From Nitrosopumilus sp. (GTDB lineage: Archaea; Thermoproteota; Nitrososphaeria; Nitrososphaerales; Nitrosopumilaceae), in assembly GCA_029861785.1 (NCBI GenBank), contig JAOTYR010000001.1:2636-66635 (forward strand): 64,000 nt of DNA, given 5' to 3'. Of this stretch, positions 9,340 to 17,941 are shown one piece after another (position 1 is the stretch's first letter; the number at the start of each line of letters is the position of its first letter). The notes below the pieces were generated by a model. That model was not told the origin of the DNA. It saw nothing but the letters and a program-made list of their open reading frames with translations, and did not search any database. The translations under genes were made by a program, and so were the position numbers.

Positions 9340-9924
9340 TTATTTTAAAATATATTTCCCAAGAATATCGGTTTCAATATTAATTTTATCACCAATATTT
9401 TTTGTTTGAAAGTTGGTAATTTCAATTGTATGAGGAATAAGACAAACAGAAACTAAATTATTTTTTATATCAACAACAGTTAAGCTTATTCCATCCATTG
9501 CAATTGATCCTTTTTTTACAATGAATTTTGATAATTTTTTTGGAACTTCAAACCAGATTTGAACTTCTTTTGGTTTCTTTTGGATTTTTTTTATTATTCC
9601 CACTCCATCTACATGCCCCAATACAAAATGCCCTTCTAGTCTATCACCTGCCTTGAGACTTCTTTCAATATTTACCATATCTCCTGGTTTGAGGTTACCC
9701 AAATCAGTTTTCTTTGTTGTTTCTTCAATCATTTCAAAAGTGCATTTAGTTTTAGATAATTTTGTTACAGTTAAACAAACTCCATTCAAGGCAACACTTT
9801 GACCAATCTTCAAACCTTTTCCATGTTTTCCTAGATCTACAATCATTTGTATTGCACTTCTATTTTTGGTAGCTTCAGAAATTTTCTTCACTTTTCCAAT
9901 ACCTTTAACTATTCCCGTAAACAT
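9340..9924 (-). CDS. ribE: Riboflavin synthase, bacterial/eukaryotic alpha-chain type
   Basis: Canonical MFTGIVKGIGKV start and a second lumazine-binding repeat (GHFVLGHVDGVG). The ORF track starts 5 codons earlier at 9939. The ATG at 9924 fits the family N-terminus. Confidence 0.85.
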   Translation of the reverse strand: MFTGIVKGIGKVKKISEATKNRSAIQMIVDLGKHGKGLKIGQSVALNGVCLTVTKLSKTKCTFEMIEETTKKTDLGNLKPGDMVNIERSLKAGDRLEGHFVLGHVDGVGIIKKIQKKPKEVQIWFEVPKKLSKFIVKKGSIAMDGISLTVVDIKNNLVSVCLIPHTIEITNFQTKNIGDKINIETDILGKYILK

Positions 9925-10091
9925 AAATTCGAAAAGCAATTCTTTGTATAAATTGATTTAGATGAAATGTAAAATTGATATAAACGCATGAAATGATTAT
10001 TACCTTATCTAGTATCTCATACTAAATAAAAAAGATTTCTGATACTGAAATAATTTTCAAAAAATAAATACCACGTTTACCAAATAAAGTC

Positions 10092-10772
10092 GTGACAGGA
10101 GATAATTTTTCTCTTTTTGGGAGAATAGTAAATCAGTCTAAAAATCCTCAAAGTGGTTTAATTGTTTCTGCATTTGACAAGGATGGAGCAAGTGATTCTG
10201 ACTTTTTAGGAAAGAGCGTTACAGATGCATCAGGAAAATTTTCTATAGAGTTTAATACACAAAAGTTTAAAAAATGGTGGGAACTTTTTGAGGAAACTCC
10301 AGATGTATACTTGGTGATTCATGACCAACAAGGTCTTGAATTGTTAAAAACTCGCATAAAGAGTACCAAGCAGGAAATAGAATATCTAATAAAACTTCAA
10401 GAAAATGATCCAGATCCAAACTCAATTGATATCTATCAGGATAACTTCAACCGGTTTGGAGGTCAACTTGGAAGCGTAGGAATGACAATGGATTGGGAAA
10501 ACTCTATTAATCTAGATACTTTAGCTAGTGGACAACTTTCACCAGAAGTCAGAAAAAGACTTGAAGAATTCCGTGATGGTTACCTTGATAGGAGAAACAT
10601 GTTCAATATTCTTACGTCAATAATTAATGGAACTACTCTTTCCCTAGCTGAGGAACGTGACTTTAACATTATTGGTTACGATGGGGCACAAGTTCCAAGA
10701 TTGCCTCGACGCCAACGTTACAATCAAGTAATAATTTGGCCAAGAGAGGAGAGTAGTGAAAATTGGGAATAA
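10092..10772 (+). CDS. Hypothetical protein with an N-terminal transthyretin/carboxypeptidase-regulatory-like beta-sandwich
   Basis: GTG start. The pattern GRIVNQ..GLIVSAFDKD..SDFLGKSVTDASGKFSIEF...PDVYLVIHD is typical of transthyretin-like folds. The C-terminal ~120 aa are unrecognised. The stop lies 10 nt inside the next ORF. Confidence 0.55.
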   Translation: MTGDNFSLFGRIVNQSKNPQSGLIVSAFDKDGASDSDFLGKSVTDASGKFSIEFNTQKFKKWWELFEETPDVYLVIHDQQGLELLKTRIKSTKQEIEYLIKLQENDPDPNSIDIYQDNFNRFGGQLGSVGMTMDWENSINLDTLASGQLSPEVRKRLEEFRDGYLDRRNMFNILTSIINGTTLSLAEERDFNIIGYDGAQVPRLPRRQRYNQVIIWPREESSENWE

Positions 10773-13366
10773 TTTATGGTACAATAAAACTTCCGCCAAG
10801 AAATGAACGATATGAAATTATTGAAAACGATATTGTAAAAACAGCAGATGTCTGCATTATAGGATCAGGAGCGGCAGGTTCAGTTCTCTCAAAAGAATTG
10901 GCAGAAAAAGGTCTCAAAGTTGTCCTATTGGAGAGAGGGGGGTATTATGAAGGAAAAGATATGAATCAACGTGATGTTGACATGATTCCACTTTTATGGA
11001 AAAATTCTGGATTCCAATTTGATGACAGTCTTAAACTTGCAATTGCTCAAGGGACATGTCTTGGGGGTTCAACAATAATTAATGATGCTGTGTGTTTTGA
11101 TCCTCCAGAAAAAGTAATTGATGAATGGAATAGTATGGGAGCAAATTTCCCATATCAGGAAATCCAAAACCACACAAACAAAGTAAATACTACACTTAGT
11201 GTATCAGAAGCAACAGATGAAGAACTAAATCGAAATAACCAAATGCTTAGAAATGGGGCCAAAAAAATTGGTCTCAAGCATCATCACAAGAATCAGAGAA
11301 ACTGCATTAATTGCATGCAGTGCGGATATTGTCATCTAGGTTGTCACTATGAAACTAAACAAGATATGTTGCATACCTATCTCCATAAAGCGCTAAATGA
11401 TCCCAATTCAGATCTTTCAATCTATTGTAATTGTTACATCGATACTTTGGAGAAAAATGAAAACGGAATCATTCAGGGAGTAGAGGGAACTTTTCGAGAT
11501 TCTGGAGGAAATGATTCCTTTCGTATTAGAGTAAATGCAAAAATAGTAATTATTAGTGCAGGGACGATTGCCTCATCAAAAATTTTACTTCAAAATGGAA
11601 TTGCTCAGAAAACATCTGGTACAGGTCTATGTTTTCATCCTTCTCCAACTGTAGTGGCGGAATTTGACAAAGAAATAAAGGGAAATGAGGGAGTTCCGAT
11701 GGCATATACTGTTCATGATTTTGGAGTTACCAGATCCGATAATGAAACATGGGACAGCTATGAATTTTCAGGAAGGGAATTCTTGATAGAGAGCATATTT
11801 TTACCTATTTTGCAATTTTCAACAGCAATCCCAGTTGCGCTAAATGATCATTTGCAAATTATGAGAAGGTTGAATAATCTTACAATGGCAGGAATTGTAG
11901 TTCGTGATAGAAACAATGGTAAAGTTTCACTTACCCCAACTGGAAGAGCAAGTGTTCAATACACATTAGGTGATGAAGAACTAGAGTCAATGATAATGGG
12001 AATAAAATTACTAGCCAAGATGTGGTTTGAGCTTGGAGCAAAGAGAATAATTACCTCAATGACTACAATGAGCATTATCAATTCTGAAGATGAAATTCCA
12101 CAACTTGTTGATGAAATAAGAAAAAATCGACAATATCTATATCTTGGTTCTGCACATCCACAATCAGGAAATAAAATAGGCCTCGATAAAGAAACTTCTG
12201 TTGTAGATTCTAATTGTAAAGTACATGGATTTCAAAATCTTTTTGTTTGTGATGCAAGCGTATTTCCTACTGCTGTTGGTGTTAATCCTCAAATTACAGT
12301 AATGACAATTGCCTCAATTATAGCTGAAAGAATCAGCAATAATTGGAGTCAATTTAATTCAATTCCAATTTCCGAATCTCTAGGGAATACATGTAGTTTA
12401 TCCCAACCCTTCTATTGTCTTCAAAAAAACCTTTCAGAAATGTTTGATTCACTTGATAATAATGGTAAGGCACTTGATCTTATTAATGACGAAGATGAAA
12501 AAGCCAACGATAACAACTGGTCATTTGATCCGCAAAATCTTACAATTCAAAATAACACATATTGGAAGGGATTGTTTCCCCGTAATGGAAATATCCCTAA
12601 CACTCTTACAGCTTTTCTTGGAGGATTTTGGAAAAGATTCACAGAGGATTCATCTGGAGAAAATAGTTCCAAAGTAAAGGGAATTACTCATCCATTTGAG
12701 CTGGGAGTTTTTGCCAAAAACAAAGCGTTTGATAAGGTAATTGATGGGTTTGGAAAAGTCATTATTTTAGACTATTCTGAGCCAGGATATGACCAATTTC
12801 ATGATGTGTTAAAATTTGTCGATAAAAATATGATTTTAGGTAAGGCATTTTTTCGAGATCCTCAAAAAGGACAAGAAATGCTTACATTTTCCATGGCTAG
12901 AAAATATCCACTTGAATTTATGACTGAAGAAGACCACTCAATGCTATATTCCAAGATGAGCAAACCTGATTCCTTTGATAGTATAGTCGGGATTTGGGAA
13001 GGGCAGTTAGTTTCTGACTCTATAATGACACCTCCAGTTTTTGTATTTCGTTATTATTTTGATTCTGAGAACAAACTTCAAAACGATTATTTGTTTAATG
13101 GAATACTTTCAGGGACTGCCAAGGTAAATGAAGAAGATGATCATTATGAAATGCAAGACGTTACCCAGATATTTCATGATGAGCTTCGTCAGGTAAACAA
13201 GGATTTATTGATCGGAAAATATTGTACTGAACCCAGTGAGATAACTCGTTGGATTCCAAATGGATTAAGTTTTCTAAATGTAGATCGGGAAAGTAATAAG
13301 GTATGTTTACCATATATTTTAAAAAGAATTGGCGAAGAGGAAGCTTATAGAGGATATAGACCCTAA
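10763..13366 (+). CDS. GMC-family FAD oxidoreductase with a ~330-aa C-terminal extension (two lipocalin-like GXWXG/DUF4334-like modules)
   Basis: FAD Rossmann motif VCIIGSGAAGSVLSKELAEKGLKVVLLERG. Cys-rich insert CINCMQCGYCHLGCHY. GMC C-terminal catalytic region HPQSGNKIG..VVDSNCKVHGFQNLFVCDASVFP..NPQITV. TTG start, with no in-frame ATG before the Rossmann motif. Confidence 0.8.
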   Translation: MGIIYGTIKLPPRNERYEIIENDIVKTADVCIIGSGAAGSVLSKELAEKGLKVVLLERGGYYEGKDMNQRDVDMIPLLWKNSGFQFDDSLKLAIAQGTCLGGSTIINDAVCFDPPEKVIDEWNSMGANFPYQEIQNHTNKVNTTLSVSEATDEELNRNNQMLRNGAKKIGLKHHHKNQRNCINCMQCGYCHLGCHYETKQDMLHTYLHKALNDPNSDLSIYCNCYIDTLEKNENGIIQGVEGTFRDSGGNDSFRIRVNAKIVIISAGTIASSKILLQNGIAQKTSGTGLCFHPSPTVVAEFDKEIKGNEGVPMAYTVHDFGVTRSDNETWDSYEFSGREFLIESIFLPILQFSTAIPVALNDHLQIMRRLNNLTMAGIVVRDRNNGKVSLTPTGRASVQYTLGDEELESMIMGIKLLAKMWFELGAKRIITSMTTMSIINSEDEIPQLVDEIRKNRQYLYLGSAHPQSGNKIGLDKETSVVDSNCKVHGFQNLFVCDASVFPTAVGVNPQITVMTIASIIAERISNNWSQFNSIPISESLGNTCSLSQPFYCLQKNLSEMFDSLDNNGKALDLINDEDEKANDNNWSFDPQNLTIQNNTYWKGLFPRNGNIPNTLTAFLGGFWKRFTEDSSGENSSKVKGITHPFELGVFAKNKAFDKVIDGFGKVIILDYSEPGYDQFHDVLKFVDKNMILGKAFFRDPQKGQEMLTFSMARKYPLEFMTEEDHSMLYSKMSKPDSFDSIVGIWEGQLVSDSIMTPPVFVFRYYFDSENKLQNDYLFNGILSGTAKVNEEDDHYEMQDVTQIFHDELRQVNKDLLIGKYCTEPSEITRWIPNGLSFLNVDRESNKVCLPYILKRIGEEEAYRGYRP

Positions 13367-13382
13367 ACATTTTTGATAATTT

Positions 13383-13760
13383 ATGAGATATTCAGATGAA
13401 ATTGTTTATGAGCTAAAGCTGAAAAGTGGCAGCCAAAAAATTATCAGTGCATTAATTTAGAAAAAAATAACAATATTCTTACAAGTTTAAAGGGAATTTG
13501 TAGTAACAGACGAGGAGGATATTACGATGCAAACCAAGATCTTATTGTTCCTTTCAATTTAGAATATTATAAAAAAAATGGTCACGCCAAACCTTGCAGT
13601 ACGGAGGTGGATAACTGATTGGTTTAATCAAAATGCATTAGAACCCTTTGTTGATGATTTTAAACGAATATTTCCAGTTCCTATTATCAGAGAGAAAAGT
13701 GGCCTGTTGGAACAGATTACAGATACATTTCAGTTTAGATGGCCCAGACTTTCTAAATAG
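13383..13760 (+). pseudogene. Possible decayed ORF in three fragments joined at poly-A runs
   Basis: Frame-0 ORF 13383..13460 (MRYSDEIVYELKLKSGSQK...). Start-less frame-2 open stretch 13412..13618 (69 codons). Frame-0 ORF 13578..13760. The frame switches coincide with the A6 run (13435-13440) and the A8 run (13571-13578). No family recognised. Confidence 0.25.
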
Positions 13761-13961
13761 ACTGGGTTTAGTTTTATTCGAGTTGAAAAAATAAACAAAC
13801 ACAAATTGGTTTATTCTTTATTTTAATAAGAACAGGCTAATCAACGTCTCAAATTGTTTATCTAGCGAAACACAGTAACTTCATACAATTTTATAAATTT
13901 ACATATTAATCAAAATTAGATAAATAATAAATCTAATTTTAAATTAATTATTAATTTTTTG

Positions 13962-16097
13962 TTATCGAACATAATTATCATTTACTTCATAAACAAATAC
14001 GCCAATTAGAACTCGATCTTCGTTCACAAATGATGGCGAACCATAAACAAATCTGAATGGTCCTTCACCATCTGTAGGATATTTTATGTCCTTACCATAT
14101 AAAGGAGTGAGTCCAGGCCTGTAGGTTTCAGCCTGTACCTCAGTATTTCTTATATCCACATAAGATAAGGTAGAGAATGGAAATAGTGTTCCCAATAAGG
14201 TGTCATTCCAAAAATAATCTGTTCCGCTTCTCCCATCAGAGTGTACATATTTTTGAACAGGTTCTCCTGCAATCCGCATAAACCATTGCTTTTTTGATTC
14301 GTCTCCTCCTCCATTAAGAACATACACAGGTTTATCTACTCCAGAATCAACCCTTTGACCAGCAACAAAAACCAATACATAGTCAGCTCCCATCTCTTGA
14401 AGAGTATTCCATGCTTCATCAGGAGGACTAAGCAGAGTCTGCGCAATTACTTTGATTCGCGTATGATTGCCAGTGAAATTATCTGCTAGAGTAGCTCTAT
14501 CGGACATTGTAGTTATCCAATACCCATAATCCCACCATGCAGCGACTACTGAGTCTTCAGGAGTGTTTGTGTTTAGCCACTCAAATGATCCCTTCCAATC
14601 ATTTGTGACAACTCCAAAATTTGAACCACCATTCAGGATTGTAAGAGGAGCCTTTGCACTATTTATCCAATTTGAATTTGTAGGAAATACCAGAGGTATT
14701 AAAAGAAAAATAATTATTACTCCCAAAAATGAGATTTTTAAAATATTTTTTGTACGTAGATTTTCATAAAAATTTTTGTTATTAAAAATCTCTTTAGTTA
14801 AAATTGATAATCCAATGGATGATAATATAATTAGTGCAATAGAAGCAAAAACTTCTAACCTAATAAACGCCGAGCTAACATAAACTCCTGTTAAACCTAT
14901 TATTAAAGAAAATACCATCATGTCATTTCTGATATAAGAACTGCTATCAGATTTTTTACTCAGGATAATCCAAATTCCTAGTCCTGCAAAAATCATTAAA
15001 ATAGAATGAAAGAAAAAGGATTGTGTAAGTGTTGTTGTTGCGTGTTCTGCTACTGAATCAACTAATGCATTGTCAGTAGTAAGAAATGGATTTATTGCGT
15101 TTAAATAACGAAAACTGGGTAAAGGCAAAATTCTAGCTTCTTCATTAATTATCAATGAAAAGGAACCAATAATTATTAGCATAAACAAAAAGATCAACCC
15201 ATTTCTTGTTTTATTCTTGATTTTACTGATTTTTTGAATAAATATGCAAGATATTAAAAATCCAGTAGGGATAATTAAAGAAAAACCGCCAATGCCAAAT
15301 ACAAAACCTGTTCCAGGTCTTTCAAATATTAGTACAGTTAACAAAAATGAGGATACAAAAATAGGAATGCTCCAAATGATAAATTCGTGATCTTTTCTGA
15401 CAAAGGGAAGTACTAAAATAAACATTCCAATTGGAATTACAAAAAATTGTATTCCCCCCCAAGAAGCTAGTCCAAAAGCCAAAATTATACCTCCTACAAT
15501 TAATTTAATAATTGCAATTTTTTTATTTTCTGATTTTATTCCACTAAGAAAAAAGTACATTCCCAATAATCCATAAAATAGACCTAATGGTTCTGATTTG
15601 AACCACCCCATTGTTCCTCTCAACAAAATTGGCACAGATACTGAATATAATATAGCTGCAAAAAGTCCCGCAGTTGTTCCCCCTATTACTCGAACTAGAG
15701 CAAAAATTACTATGACAGTTAATGAACCAAAAACTACAGGAAATAAAATAGTAAAGTCATAAAGACTAGAGTCTCCCCCAAAAATTTGATATGTAATGGC
15801 TGCTGTAAAGTGAAGCATTATTTGGGATGTTGCAGATACATTTCTTCCTTCTGGATACCAGCTCAAATCATCATGCCAATCAAAGTATTCTGAATAGCCA
15901 TTTTCTACAATGAATTCTGTTGCTCTAAAATTAAAGAAAGGATCAAATTCGTTTAGCTCAAAACCATAATCTGCACCTTGAGATCTAATCATAAAAGATA
16001 TTGAAAACGATAAAACTAGTACCCCAATCACCAATAGATGATTTAACCTGAAATCAAATATGCCAATCTTTAATATTTGGGCTTGGGAATTCATCAA
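13962..16097 (-). CDS. aglB: Archaeal oligosaccharyltransferase AglB (STT3 family)
   Basis: 711 aa. Multi-TM N-terminal half and a C-terminal domain with the WWDYGYW catalytic motif. Confidence 0.9.
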   Translation of the reverse strand: MMNSQAQILKIGIFDFRLNHLLVIGVLVLSFSISFMIRSQGADYGFELNEFDPFFNFRATEFIVENGYSEYFDWHDDLSWYPEGRNVSATSQIMLHFTAAITYQIFGGDSSLYDFTILFPVVFGSLTVIVIFALVRVIGGTTAGLFAAILYSVSVPILLRGTMGWFKSEPLGLFYGLLGMYFFLSGIKSENKKIAIIKLIVGGIILAFGLASWGGIQFFVIPIGMFILVLPFVRKDHEFIIWSIPIFVSSFLLTVLIFERPGTGFVFGIGGFSLIIPTGFLISCIFIQKISKIKNKTRNGLIFLFMLIIIGSFSLIINEEARILPLPSFRYLNAINPFLTTDNALVDSVAEHATTTLTQSFFFHSILMIFAGLGIWIILSKKSDSSSYIRNDMMVFSLIIGLTGVYVSSAFIRLEVFASIALIILSSIGLSILTKEIFNNKNFYENLRTKNILKISFLGVIIIFLLIPLVFPTNSNWINSAKAPLTILNGGSNFGVVTNDWKGSFEWLNTNTPEDSVVAAWWDYGYWITTMSDRATLADNFTGNHTRIKVIAQTLLSPPDEAWNTLQEMGADYVLVFVAGQRVDSGVDKPVYVLNGGGDESKKQWFMRIAGEPVQKYVHSDGRSGTDYFWNDTLLGTLFPFSTLSYVDIRNTEVQAETYRPGLTPLYGKDIKYPTDGEGPFRFVYGSPSFVNEDRVLIGVFVYEVNDNYVR

Positions 16098-16162
16098 ATT
16101 TGCACCAATTTGTAAGGTTATTACTCTTTTGAATAAAGAATTTTTGATTTAAAAGGTTAGTC

Positions 16163-17827
16163 TTACATTGTAGCTTGTGCTGCATCATGGAACATCTGAC
16201 TCTTTGCACAACCCGCAGCAAGTTCATCACCTGCACCACGTCTCATAAGGCCTCTGTAAAGACCGTCTTCAAGTTTCACACCTTCTCTTTCTTCCCACTC
16301 CTCTACAGTGATAGAGTATTTCTTTTGAATTCTATCTCTGTACCATTCTGGAATTACATTGAATGCGCAAAATGGAATAATTCTGAGATCTGGTGTCACA
16401 TAATGAATATCACATCTTTGTAATCTTTCAAGATCCTCATTGTATTTGTCTTGAAAGTGCATCATGCCCAGAAATAGTCCTTTAACATGCCAAGAGCCAA
16501 TTGAATCAAATGATCTTTTCATCAAGATGTTTCCAAACATCTTTGCTAGGTCTAATCCTGCAGGTTGTTTCTTTGTATCAACAAAGCCTTTTAGTTTTCG
16601 GACAACTTCAAGCATTGTGAAGTATTTGTTTTTACCAGAACGGATTTCTTCGGATTTGTCTTCAAATAATTCTAGCATTCCTTGAATATCACAGAATTTT
16701 GTTAATGGTACAAATTTCTTTGTCTCTTCATCTTCAAAGATGTATGTTCCTGCACCGCAAGCAAAGTGTATTGATAGCTCATACTTTGGTTTGCTTGAAA
16801 ATGCTTCTATTACATTGGTTAGTGGCATACAACTTGGTACTGGGAACCAATCATCCACAGTTACCTCACCATTTGTTTGCTCTTCTATTCTTTGAATACA
16901 ATCAGGGACTGTAATTCGATATTTTTCCCGCTCACCTTTGCCCATTCTTCCAGTTAGTGATACTGGTTGAAAGTTAACAGCATGAACTACATCCATATTT
17001 TTTTGAGCATATCTAATGATACCACCTAATTCATGATCATTAATTGATTTGATTACAGTTGGAACAAATACAACAGTTGTTCCAGTTTTTCTGCAACTAT
17101 CAAGGGCATAAGGAATTTCCCAGTGGTTTTTTGGGTTTGTTCTGGCAGTTACACCGTCAAAGCTAAGATACAAATTGTTACATCCCGCAAGCCTTACTTC
17201 TCTTGCAGCCTCTGGATCCATGGCATGTCTAATACCATTTGTGTTCATTTGGATATGATCAACGCCTTCTTCTTTCATTATTTTAATAAGATCAGTAATG
17301 TCTTCTCTTAGCATTGGTTCGCCACCAGTAATTTGCATAGAGTTTCCAGGAATTGGTCTTTCAGCCTTTAGGGTCTTCATCATTCCTCTAACTTGTTCAT
17401 GATCTGGTTCATACATGTAAGCACCCTCAAGTCCTTTCTTTACATAAAAGAAACAATACCAGCAAGTCAAATCACATCTGTTAGTAACTATCATGTTTGC
17501 TAATCCACTGTGAGATAAGTGGTTTGAGCACAATCCACAGTTATTTGGACATGAACACTTGTCAATCATTACATTTGGGGCATGAGCTCCTTTTCCATCT
17601 ACCCAATAGGTACTGAATTTTTTGTACATTTGATAAGAACCAAAGTATAATTCCTCACATTCTCCGTGAGTGGGACAAATTTTTGACATGTAGACTTTAT
17701 CATCTCTTTCAAAAACTTCAGCATCTAAAATCATATTACAATCAGGGCAAATACTTTGAGTAAATCTTATGGTAGATTTTTTACCTAGGTTTTTTGTTGA
17801 TTGATTGGAAATCTGAATTAGAGCCAT
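16163..17827 (-). CDS. tes: Radical SAM enzyme, COG1964 / tetraether lipid synthase (Tes, GDGT-MAS)-like
   Basis: N-terminal zinc-ribbon/rubredoxin-like motif (CPDCN...CPTHG), a Cys-rich segment (CSCPNNCGLCSNH) and the radical SAM motif CDLTCWYC. The ~550-aa architecture matches my recollection of MJ0619/MA_1486-type Tes. Not aligned. Confidence 0.6.
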   Translation of the reverse strand: MALIQISNQSTKNLGKKSTIRFTQSICPDCNMILDAEVFERDDKVYMSKICPTHGECEELYFGSYQMYKKFSTYWVDGKGAHAPNVMIDKCSCPNNCGLCSNHLSHSGLANMIVTNRCDLTCWYCFFYVKKGLEGAYMYEPDHEQVRGMMKTLKAERPIPGNSMQITGGEPMLREDITDLIKIMKEEGVDHIQMNTNGIRHAMDPEAAREVRLAGCNNLYLSFDGVTARTNPKNHWEIPYALDSCRKTGTTVVFVPTVIKSINDHELGGIIRYAQKNMDVVHAVNFQPVSLTGRMGKGEREKYRITVPDCIQRIEEQTNGEVTVDDWFPVPSCMPLTNVIEAFSSKPKYELSIHFACGAGTYIFEDEETKKFVPLTKFCDIQGMLELFEDKSEEIRSGKNKYFTMLEVVRKLKGFVDTKKQPAGLDLAKMFGNILMKRSFDSIGSWHVKGLFLGMMHFQDKYNEDLERLQRCDIHYVTPDLRIIPFCAFNVIPEWYRDRIQKKYSITVEEWEEREGVKLEDGLYRGLMRRGAGDELAAGCAKSQMFHDAAQATM

Positions 17828-17850
17828 CTATATTTGAAAACCTTCTGAAA

Positions 17851-17860
17851 TAGTATATAA
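17851..17860 (-). promoter_or_regulatory. Putative TATA box for the Tes-like gene
   Basis: TTATATACTA on the minus strand, centred ~27 nt upstream of the ATG at 17827. This is consistent with a leaderless archaeal transcript. Confidence 0.35.
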
Positions 17861-17867
17861 TCCATTT

Positions 17868-17885
17868 CACACTACCCCCCGTGTG
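17868..17885. promoter_or_regulatory. GC-rich inverted repeat CACAC-N8-GTGTG in a divergent promoter region (candidate operator)
   Basis: CACACTACCCCCCGTGTG is the only GC-rich island in the 114-bp AT-rich spacer between the Tes-like gene and the TrmB-family regulator gene. It lies between the two putative TATA boxes. Confidence 0.3.
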
Positions 17886-17910
17886 GAATTTAGGTTCTAG
17901 GCATATCTAA

Positions 17911-17918
17911 TTTAAATA
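17911..17918 (+). promoter_or_regulatory. Putative TATA box for the TrmB-family regulator gene
   Basis: TTTAAATA centred ~27 nt upstream of the ATG at 17942. Confidence 0.35.
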
Positions 17919-17941
17919 TCAAATCCAATCGATTAGATCGC

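Noticed and set aside
9940-10091. Possible FMN riboswitch or leader upstream of the riboflavin operon.
   Set aside because: The 150-bp spacer is almost pure AT with no conserved FMN-aptamer-like GC helices that I can see. FMN riboswitches are not expected in archaea.
16054-16239. 61-aa ORF bridging the aglB start and the 3' end of the Tes-like gene.
   Set aside because: It overlaps two confident genes and the 65-bp spacer, it has no motifs, and it is most likely a chance ORF.
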